Below are positions 19,102 to 26,725 of a stretch of 64,000 nucleotides of DNA, in pieces. The DNA is taken from positions 864,001 to 928,000 of the forward strand of contig OZ244852.1 in NCBI GenBank assembly GCA_965220965.1. The letters are read 5' to 3'. Source of the DNA: Candidatus Marinacidobacterium sp. Its GTDB lineage: Bacteria; Acidobacteriota; Vicinamibacteria; Marinacidobacterales; Marinacidobacteraceae. The notes below the pieces were generated by a model. The model had not been told where the DNA came from, did no database searches, and worked only from the letters and a program-made list of their open reading frames with translations. Both the position numbers and the translations under genes were made by a program. How positions within the stretch are numbered: the stretch's first letter is position 1; each line of letters opens with the position of its first letter.

Positions 19102-22100
19102 CTATCCGCGGGATAGCGCCTGTTCGATCTCATTCAGGGCGAATTTGCGGTTCAGGTGTGGGTGCAGCCACTGATTCCGATAACTCCTGAGGCACCCATA
19201 GCAGCTCGCGTCGCAACCGCAGTCGCCGCGCACACGCGTTCGCGCAAGTTCCAGCACGAGGCGGAAACTCTCCCTGTTGGTGAGTTGGCCTACGAGTCCA
19301 GCGCCGCCAGGAACATCGTCGTAGAGAACCACTCCGTCCACGGTAAGGGTGACGTTCAGGTCGCGTTCGGGGACGGCAACGGCATCGGCAGCTCCATGGA
19401 GAAGCGCGTACCCGAGCGAATACCGAACCCACTTCTGGCGCCCCGGCAGCTCAACCTTGACCACATCTGTGACAAGCTCGTGACCCAACGCGTAGCTGGA
19501 GAAGGTACCTCGGCAGGGACGCCCGTCCGCTGTCTTGTGGCCGCGCGCCCGTGGGTTCGCGTCGTGTAGTCCGCAGTCCTCGCACAGCAAGAAGTTGCGC
19601 TGACCCTGACCCTCACAGAGAACCACTAACCTGCCTGGCAGAGCCTCTGCGACATCGAGCCCGAAGAGTCTCTTCTTGTGGGCCTTGCGCGCCCCAGCGG
19701 AATACCCCTGGAAGAACGGCTTCGTCGTATACTGACGGCGCGGTCGGCGCACCGGAGGGCGTGGGTCGGTCTGGAGGTCGGTAGTAAAGCCCCAACGTGG
19801 GACGAGATAGCGACCTGAGTACTGTGCACCTTCCTCCTTCTCCGCGTCATTTGAGGATTCGAAGGCGCCCTCCTCGTTCCAGAAGTACCAGCGGACGGTG
19901 GGAGCCTGCCCCTCGACCCTCCGAATACCCACAGACTTCCACTCCAGCTTGTCGGCGACTACGCTGCTCCCAGGCGCGTATTCGGCAAGCGCGAGTGAGA
20001 GATCACGGTCGAGCTCTATGTTCTGGCCATTCTTGGTCGCTCCCGTTTGCAGCTCGACCACATCCACCGGAAATCCGTATTTTGGGATGATGGCGTGTCG
20101 CGCCAGAAACGAAATCGCCATCTCCCGCTCCATCGCGTTCAATCGGTCCTCCAACCGATAGCGCCTCCTTCGTTCAGTGCGAGTGGCATTCAGATCCGCC
20201 AGGATCCGTTCGATCTGAAGATACTCGGCGCACCGATCGGCGACGGCGCGGGCGAGTCTGCTCTCGCTCCCGGTAAGCCGTCGAACCCATTTCTGTCCAT
20301 CGACCCCGACGCTCTCCCGCAGCGTCGCCGGAACGACGTCGTGCAGGACTCGCGGCAGCGCGTCGTCGTTGCGGCAGAACTCGCCGAAAGCATCACACAC
20401 ATCGGGGTGTCGCCAGTCCTCGCCAATGAAATCCTTGACTCGTCCGGCGCGAATACGATGCGCCGGCTGCCGGAAGAAGTGTGATAGGGCGACCGCGGTC
20501 ATGTGCCTTTGGACGATCTGAGGATTTGTCAGGCGAAGGATCGGCGGTCGGACCCGACCAGAGATCATCTCCTGCTGATGTCGGAAGTAGTGGAGGTCAT
20601 GGGAGTTGCGGCGACAGTAGGTGACGGCAAGACCTGCCTTCCCCCGCCGGCCGGCGCGGCCGACTCGTTGTGTGTAGTTGAACGGTTCGGGTGGCACGTT
20701 ACGAAGAAACGTCAGGCGAAGATCACCGAGGTCGACACCGACTTCGAACGTAGTGGACGAACTGAGCAGGTGCACCCGATCCCGCTGAAAATCGCGCTGG
20801 ACGCTGCGCGCTTCCTCCGGAGTCAACTGCGCTGTGTGTTCGGCCGTTCTGAAGTCTGCTGGAAGGTCCGATGCGAGGTAGAGGCGTCGGTAGTGGTTGT
20901 CCTCGTGCGTGCTCTTCACCCGACCGAGTCGTCCCGTGCAGCGAGGACGGGGACAGAGGCCGCGAAGGGCTATGGCAGTGACCCGGTCGCACCTACGACA
21001 CCGCCAGAGGTCGGATGACGAGGCCGGACGGACACGGAGCCACTCGGCGCGCAGCCGGAAGCCGTTAGTCCTGCGATCGATGGACAGGAGAGCGGCGCTG
21101 GACGAGCGTCGCGACTGAGCGACGAGGTGATCCCAGACACGAACCATCACATCTTGGGCGGCGAACACGGGGTCCGTCTCACCATTGACTAGTTTGGGAA
21201 GATAGTCGCGAACAAGGCCGCCCTGCGGTGAGCCCCACTGGCGCAGATGACGGCGTCCGTGCGGACGATCTTGGCTGAAGGCGAGTTGGGGCCTCTCTGG
21301 CTTTATGACGGACCACGTGGGCAGATCCGGATCGGTGGAGGGCAGCTCCACCGCGTCGTTTCTGAGGAACTCGGCGAGCAGCAATTGCAGGAGCGCACTG
21401 GCCTCCGCCGGGTTCAACCGCCAGGGAGTCTCCTGGAACACTGGCGGGAGATTCATGCCCGGAGGCAGTGCGACATGCCAGCGGCAGAGGCCGACCCCCG
21501 CCAGCGACAGCCGCGTGTCATCGGTCACGGCTTCACGAAGCACTGCCGCATAGGCATCTCTGTAGCGCTGTGCTCCAGTCTCCGACGGTGCGTGAACCCC
21601 CAGCTCCGACCGGACTCTCTCGAGTCTCTGCGCGAGATCGGCCACGGACAACTCGCAGTGACTCGCGCCACGCGGTGAAGCCTTCTGTCGAAGGGCGCGG
21701 AGCAACAGGTTGCGCGTGAGCAGAGTCCGGTAGGAGTCCTCCGCATACCAAGCAAAGAAAGCTGCGTCCTGTCGGCTATCCGCGAAGGCAAGGATCTTCT
21801 TCTCATCCTCGGGAAGAAACCGGTGCATGGCCGTAGCCAGAACGGCGTTGGGGGCGTCGGCGCCGTGGACGATCGCCTGAACGGGATCGCCAACGCCACC
21901 TCGGCTGTAGCTACAGACCGCGCACCTCTTCAGTTGATCCCGGTACTCCGGTTGCTGTCGGTTCTCACTCCGTTCAACACGGATCGCCGCTCCACAGCGG
22001 CACGTCAGCTCGTCGCTCAGCGCACCGCAGATACGGCAGAGCAGAAGGGAACCCTCCTCGGCGGGCAGGTAGAACTCGACCCCGAACTCCTCGCGCGACG

Positions 22101-23358
22101 GATCCCGGCAGGCTTCCAGGAGGAACCCTCCGGTACGGCGGCCAACGTAGTAGTGCTGGCCACACTCGCGGCACAGCGCTATCTCGATATAGGCCGACTT
22201 GCCAGCCTCATCCCCGACATGACCGCGGTTCAGCGTGACCCGGTCCTGCCCATGATGGTGATGCAGGAAAGCGCCTTCAAGCGCCCTTGCAAACACGTGG
22301 TAGCGACGTACGTGCGCACTCGTCCTGGCCCGTGTAGTGTCCTCCTGACCGAAGATCACGCACTCGGGAGCGAAGGGCTCACCGAACAGGGCACTCGCAA
22401 ATCGAGCCACGGATGCCCGAGCATCGGCATCGTGTGTCGACGCGATGGTGGCGCTCGTGGCGACGCATCGAAATGACCCCGACCGGCCGCCTCGCCGCAG
22501 TCGATTCGTGAGACGGCGCAGCAGCATCGCCATCTCGATCCCCCTTGCACCGCGATACATGTGCGCCTCGTCGAGGACCAGAAACCGCCAGTGAGCGGCC
22601 CGGCCGGCATCGAACAAAGGGCTGTCATCCGGCCGGAGGAGCAGATGCTCGAGCATCGAGTAGTTGGTAAACAGAAGGTGCGGCGGCCGCGCCCGCATAT
22701 CCTCGCGGAATACTGTTTCGCCGGGGAGCGCGCTCTCAGCGCGCGCGCGACCGTGCCGGCGTCGGTCTCTGATGTTCTCCGGTGTCTGCCCGATGTACTG
22801 TCCAAAGGAGAATCGGAAGTCGGAGCGGTCCGCAGCGAGGTTGCCGCAGAGCGCGCCGATCCGCTCGCGCTGGTCGTTGACCAGGGCGTTCATGGGATAG
22901 AGAACGAGGGCGCGGACGCCGGGGTCGCCCAGCGTGCCGGCCAGGTGTTCTCCGTAGAGGGAGAACAGAATGGGATAAAGGAAGCACTCGGTCTTCCCGC
23001 TGGCTGTGCCGCTCGCCACGGCGATGTTGGACTGTGCGAACGCGCTCTGTCGAATGGCCTCCTCCTGATGTGCATAGAGCGCGCCGGAGTGCAGAGCAGG
23101 TAAGAGCGCGCCTGCCCGGCCAGGAAACGCCGCCTCGGCGAGAGCGGGAGCCTCGACCCCGAGCCGAAAATACCGGCCGTATTCCGGAACAGGTTCGGTG
23201 ACCAGTGTGCCCTCGGCTTCGAGCGCGGTGCGGAAGGACTCGCGTAGTTGGGGATCTCGGAAATGGAAAGATGTTGTGAGGTACCTGAGGTAGCTCGAAC
23301 GCAGACGTCGGACCCACCCGGCGATCTCCGCGTCGGAATGGGGTTGGGTGACGCTCAT
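19102..23358 (-). CDS. DEAD/DEAH-box SF2 helicase with multiple Zn fingers and C-terminal DUF1998 (Druantia DruE / MrfA-like)
   Basis: LYAHQEEAI, GTASGKTE, LYPMNALVNDQ, TNYSMLE, LVLDEAH, ATSAT, AFADSRQDAA, EHTAQL, TTFEVGVDLG, QRVGRAGRR, LYDDVPGGAG and CGCDASCYGCL. Start placed at ATG 23358 (MSVTQPHSD) because the longer ORF overlaps the upstream gene. Confidence 0.9.
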   Translation of the reverse strand: MSVTQPHSDAEIAGWVRRLRSSYLRYLTTSFHFRDPQLRESFRTALEAEGTLVTEPVPEYGRYFRLGVEAPALAEAAFPGRAGALLPALHSGALYAHQEEAIRQSAFAQSNIAVASGTASGKTECFLYPILFSLYGEHLAGTLGDPGVRALVLYPMNALVNDQRERIGALCGNLAADRSDFRFSFGQYIGQTPENIRDRRRHGRARAESALPGETVFREDMRARPPHLLFTNYSMLEHLLLRPDDSPLFDAGRAAHWRFLVLDEAHMYRGARGIEMAMLLRRLTNRLRRGGRSGSFRCVATSATIASTHDADARASVARFASALFGEPFAPECVIFGQEDTTRARTSAHVRRYHVFARALEGAFLHHHHGQDRVTLNRGHVGDEAGKSAYIEIALCRECGQHYYVGRRTGGFLLEACRDPSREEFGVEFYLPAEEGSLLLCRICGALSDELTCRCGAAIRVERSENRQQPEYRDQLKRCAVCSYSRGGVGDPVQAIVHGADAPNAVLATAMHRFLPEDEKKILAFADSRQDAAFFAWYAEDSYRTLLTRNLLLRALRQKASPRGASHCELSVADLAQRLERVRSELGVHAPSETGAQRYRDAYAAVLREAVTDDTRLSLAGVGLCRWHVALPPGMNLPPVFQETPWRLNPAEASALLQLLLAEFLRNDAVELPSTDPDLPTWSVIKPERPQLAFSQDRPHGRRHLRQWGSPQGGLVRDYLPKLVNGETDPVFAAQDVMVRVWDHLVAQSRRSSSAALLSIDRRTNGFRLRAEWLRVRPASSSDLWRCRRCDRVTAIALRGLCPRPRCTGRLGRVKSTHEDNHYRRLYLASDLPADFRTAEHTAQLTPEEARSVQRDFQRDRVHLLSSSTTFEVGVDLGDLRLTFLRNVPPEPFNYTQRVGRAGRRGKAGLAVTYCRRNSHDLHYFRHQQEMISGRVRPPILRLTNPQIVQRHMTAVALSHFFRQPAHRIRAGRVKDFIGEDWRHPDVCDAFGEFCRNDDALPRVLHDVVPATLRESVGVDGQKWVRRLTGSESRLARAVADRCAEYLQIERILADLNATRTERRRRYRLEDRLNAMEREMAISFLARHAIIPKYGFPVDVVELQTGATKNGQNIELDRDLSLALAEYAPGSSVVADKLEWKSVGIRRVEGQAPTVRWYFWNEEGAFESSNDAEKEEGAQYSGRYLVPRWGFTTDLQTDPRPPVRRPRRQYTTKPFFQGYSAGARKAHKKRLFGLDVAEALPGRLVVLCEGQGQRNFLLCEDCGLHDANPRARGHKTADGRPCRGTFSSYALGHELVTDVVKVELPGRQKWVRYSLGYALLHGAADAVAVPERDLNVTLTVDGVVLYDDVPGGAGLVGQLTNRESFRLVLELARTRVRGDCGCDASCYGCLRSYRNQWLHPHLNRKFALNEIEQALSRG

Positions 23359-23407
23359 CGATCCGTGGCGCGGAGCATCCGATCGCAGACCCGGGTCCAG
23401 GCGTGCC

Positions 23408-25957
23408 TCATCGGGACGTGAGGGCCCGAAGGGCCGCGACGGCGGCGTTGACGACGTGGGCGCGGGACCCGATGGAACGAACGCGAATGCTTCGGATGCC
23501 TGCGGTCTCCAAGAGCGCCCGTAGACGGCCACGGGCGTGAACGCCCGAGTCGGCGCTCGCGGGCCGCAGCAGAAGGCGCGAGGAGCCATAGGCGCCAACC
23601 GTGGCGCGCGGAATGGTGTTGTGGGAGATCGGGACGACGAACAGGGCGCGTCGAGCCCGATGCTCGGCCCGGGCACATGCTCTTCGAGGTGTGCTCTCGC
23701 ATGCGCGTCCGACGCCGAGTCGGCCGTTGCGATCACCCACGGCTACGAGCGCCACGAATCGTCGGTGTCGAGGCGCTACGGCCCGCCGTGAGAGCGGTCG
23801 GAGCGTGAGAAGGCGAGGGGTCAGCGCCGGTGGAGATTGGGAGGGGGACGGGTGGGAAGGAAGTTCGAGGAGGAGTGCCGGCAGAGTGTGCGAGCCAGCC
23901 CGTAGCCTGAGTTCCCCGGACGCTGGCTCGGATTGGACAGAGAGGAGGTCGGCGAAAGAGCCCAGCGGAATCGAGACGGCCGTCTTGTGCGGAAACTGGG
24001 CAGCAAGGCCACTGTCGGCCTCGTGGCGGTAGCGTCCGGGCTGACCGTCAGCGAAGGCCGCCTCGATCGTCCGCTCCGTGGGTGGCGCCAGAACCTCCAG
24101 TGCGGCGTGTCGCCGATAGGTTCGGCGAAGCGGTCGTCGCTCCCAGCAGGAGTCACCCGCCATCCGCCACCAGAGGCGCGGCAGATCCAGGACAATCGGG
24201 AGGCTGTCGTCGCCGTCGCGCAGTTCAAGGCGCACCCGATCGGTCTTGGGGGAGTACGGCACCCGCGCCTCTCGAGTGCGAACGGCCACATCGCGCGTGC
24301 CGGTGTTGAGCTGCAGCGACCGACCATGGCTGTCTTCGATCGTGATGTAGTCCTCGTCGCGGTCGTCTGGCAAGAGGAGTCGGAGACCCTCGAATGGCAG
24401 TCCGTTCACCAGAATCCTCTTGAGGCCTGGCCAGTAGCGGAACGTGGTCGTGTCGGCGAGATGAGTGTGGCCGCTCTGATACGTGCGAAGAAAGAACTCG
24501 CCGCGCCTGTTCCCAATGCGCACGGGTGTTGGCTGCTCTGTGAGTTCGAAGTTCTTGCCCTTCCACGGTTCGTCGGCTGGCCCCGCGTGGCGCCCGGCGG
24601 CGCGGGGGTGCTCCTCTCCGACGCGAGCCCAGACTATCCCGGGCGCGGGCCAGAGTCTGGGAGGATCCCCGACGAAGAGCTCATCGTCATCGCTGTCGAG
24701 GACCGTGGTCCCCTCGAGGCGCGCACTCTTGTCGGAGCCGACGGGATAGTCCCCAAGTGTGCCCAGGGAGTCGGCGTCGTCCGAGGGCCGGATTTCGTAG
24801 TGATGACAATGTAGGCTCGGATCCGTGCAGAGCTCCGACGCTCGGAACTTCTGTTGACTGCGCTTCCAATTCGGCGGCGCAAAGGCGAGGAAACGGCCAC
24901 GACGGAGGGTCCGTGAGAGCTCCCCGCGCAGGTCGGGCTCGGTTCCGGAGAGCCTGAAGAAGAGCGGTCTCTGGTTGTCGAACAGCGGAATGTCAAGCGG
25001 ATCTCCGTTCGATGGGAAAAGACGCACGGGCTGCCGCAACCGGGAGAGAAACAGGCGACCGTCCACCAGGTCCATTTCCTCGTTGCCCTGGGTCGCCCTC
25101 TCTATGTTGCGCTCGCGCGGAATCTCGATCACGACGCGCCATCGATTCCTGTGGCGCGTGCACTTCACGCGTACCGGAGGGAGACGCGGCCCGGTATCGC
25201 CGGTGGGGTTGGGGCGGCGCCGGGGACCGATGCGCCGAGGTTCCCCTGGCTGGCGCGGAAGTTCGTAGTCGAGCCGTGCGCGTGAGCGCCTGATTTCTGT
25301 CGCGTGTAGGGTGACTTGTCCAGGGGATTCCCGCCGCTCGTCGGCAGACTCCGCGCCGTCGTTCGACATTGGATCGGGAGGCGAAGAGTGGTCTCGATCT
25401 TCGTCCGCGCGGGCCGTGGACATACTGGCGTCGACGGCCAACCCGGCGCCTCTGGCCGGTCCTGGAGGGGGATGTTGATCGTGATGGCTGTGCGTGCTGT
25501 CCGGAGGACGTCGGAGTGCTTCGCTGGCGTCTGGCTCCGGAGAGTCGGGGGTGCTCTCCGGGAAGTGCTCATGGGCCGGCTCGTCGGTGTCCCCCTCGAC
25601 CAGGGGTGGCTCCTGGACTGAAGAGGCCACTGTACGGACGATGTCTGATGGTGCGTCAGGCGTCGCGCGTTCCAGATCGGGTGGCCGATTGGTCGATTTG
25701 GGCGGCGTCTCGAGGGTCGGCGAGTGGGGGCCGTCAGACACGGAGAGCTGCGGTGCGACGTGCGGCGCCGACGAGGTCTCGGCTTCGGATGAGGAAGGCG
25801 CCGGTGTCTTCTGGTCATGTGGGATCGTCCGGTGCGAGGCGCCCTTCAACGCGCCGTGGGTCCGAACCGCCGGCTCCCGCTCCACGGGAGGTCGCGGCTT
25901 GATCCGCACCCACGCCAACAGGCGCTGAAGCGGCGCGATGAGCCACCGGAAGGCCAT
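23408..25957 (-). CDS. 849-aa helicase partner protein with C-terminal ribosomal protein uS5-like domain
   Basis: AAGGAG upstream of ATG 25957. Amphipathic N-terminus, ~240-aa Pro/Ser/Asp-rich linker, beta-rich middle, PSHPSPSQSPP linker, then FVALVAVGDRNGRLGVG...TIP...G.YGSSRLLLRPAS..SGV.A.G.LRALLETAGI......IGS matching uS5. Confidence 0.8.
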   Translation of the reverse strand: MAFRWLIAPLQRLLAWVRIKPRPPVEREPAVRTHGALKGASHRTIPHDQKTPAPSSSEAETSSAPHVAPQLSVSDGPHSPTLETPPKSTNRPPDLERATPDAPSDIVRTVASSVQEPPLVEGDTDEPAHEHFPESTPDSPEPDASEALRRPPDSTHSHHDQHPPPGPARGAGLAVDASMSTARADEDRDHSSPPDPMSNDGAESADERRESPGQVTLHATEIRRSRARLDYELPRQPGEPRRIGPRRRPNPTGDTGPRLPPVRVKCTRHRNRWRVVIEIPRERNIERATQGNEEMDLVDGRLFLSRLRQPVRLFPSNGDPLDIPLFDNQRPLFFRLSGTEPDLRGELSRTLRRGRFLAFAPPNWKRSQQKFRASELCTDPSLHCHHYEIRPSDDADSLGTLGDYPVGSDKSARLEGTTVLDSDDDELFVGDPPRLWPAPGIVWARVGEEHPRAAGRHAGPADEPWKGKNFELTEQPTPVRIGNRRGEFFLRTYQSGHTHLADTTTFRYWPGLKRILVNGLPFEGLRLLLPDDRDEDYITIEDSHGRSLQLNTGTRDVAVRTREARVPYSPKTDRVRLELRDGDDSLPIVLDLPRLWWRMAGDSCWERRPLRRTYRRHAALEVLAPPTERTIEAAFADGQPGRYRHEADSGLAAQFPHKTAVSIPLGSFADLLSVQSEPASGELRLRAGSHTLPALLLELPSHPSPSQSPPALTPRLLTLRPLSRRAVAPRHRRFVALVAVGDRNGRLGVGRACESTPRRACARAEHRARRALFVVPISHNTIPRATVGAYGSSRLLLRPASADSGVHARGRLRALLETAGIRSIRVRSIGSRAHVVNAAVAALRALTSR

Positions 25958-26273
25958 GCTCAGCCGAGGTCTCCTTGGGTGTGAGTTGGACCCAGCGCCG
26001 CGCGCGCTCCGGCGGCCGAGGCTCTCTTGAAGGGTGTGATCGGTGCGCGCGCCTGTCGTGCGAGATGCGAACCAGCCTCGGCGAAGAGGGACACGGCCCG
26101 ATTATGCGGCAGTCCCTCGTCTGCCGGTCGGCGGTCTGGGCTCCGGCCGGTCAGCCTGATGGACGCACGCGTCCGATCTCCGCCAGCCGCTCAGAGAAGG
26201 CGAAAACTTCGGACCCGACGCCTGCTCCAAATCGGCGCTCACCGCGCGGGGGCGGGCACACAGATGGAGCGCT

Positions 26274-26330
26274 ATGTTCCGCTTGGACGATGGCGAGGCC
26301 ACTGACGTGGACCTGATCAACCAACATTGA
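26274..26330 (+). pseudogene. higB: C-terminal remnant of a HigB/RelE-family toxin
   Basis: MFRLDDGEATDVDLINQH* resembles the HigB ending (F.F.DG.A.DVDL.DYH). The frame is closed upstream at TGA 26157-59 with no HigB-like N-terminus. It lies directly before the higA RBS. Confidence 0.7.
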
Positions 26331-26344
26331 CAGGAGCGGTGACC

Positions 26345-26656
26345 ATGAACCACGCGAGCACCCGGATCGGTCCGATGCGGAACCCGCCGCACCTCGGCGA
26401 GCTCATCTGCGAGAGCATGGACGATCTGGGCTTGAGCGTGACCGAGACGGCGACGCGCTTGGGCTGCGAGCGCGCAACCCTGTCCCGCCTTCTGAACGGC
26501 AAGGCGGCGATGTCGGCCCGCATGGCGCTGGCGCTGGAAGCGATCGGCTGGGGGACCGCCGAACACTGGATGCGGATGCAGGCGAGCTACGAGCTCGCGC
26601 AGGCGCGTCGGACCCGGAGCGCCGCCGGGGGAAGTCCGGCGCCACCTCGGTGCTGA
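26345..26656 (+). CDS. higA: HigA family addiction-module antitoxin (HTH)
   Basis: AGGAG RBS at 26332; MRNPPHLGELI, LSVTETATRLG..RATLSRLLNGKAAMS..MALALE, WMRMQASYEL. Confidence 0.9.
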   Translation: MNHASTRIGPMRNPPHLGELICESMDDLGLSVTETATRLGCERATLSRLLNGKAAMSARMALALEAIGWGTAEHWMRMQASYELAQARRTRSAAGGSPAPPRC

Positions 26657-26725
26657 TCGGGCGGAGCACGCTGATCAGGTGGAGATGCGCGGCGCAATCA
26701 CGCTGAGGCGCTGTGCGCCGGGTCC

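Larger units (their letters stand above)
19071..26273. mobile_element. Putative acquired defence islet (no mobility gene seen)
   Basis: Codon usage is visibly less GC3-biased than the flanks, orientation is opposite to neighbours, and the right side abuts a truncated higB. No integrase, transposase or att repeat found; boundaries approximate. Confidence 0.45.

Noticed and set aside
23359-23736. 126-codon N-terminal extension of the helicase ORF, or a possible frameshift fusion with the uS5-bearing gene
   Set aside because: The extension is low-complexity and overlaps the frame carrying the uS5 similarity. Open alternative frames are common at this GC, and no slippery site was seen.
23408-23818. 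Calling the uS5-like segment the genuine rpsE
   Set aside because: It has no separate start or RBS, no spc-operon neighbours, has lost the KGG loop, and is in frame with 700 upstream residues.
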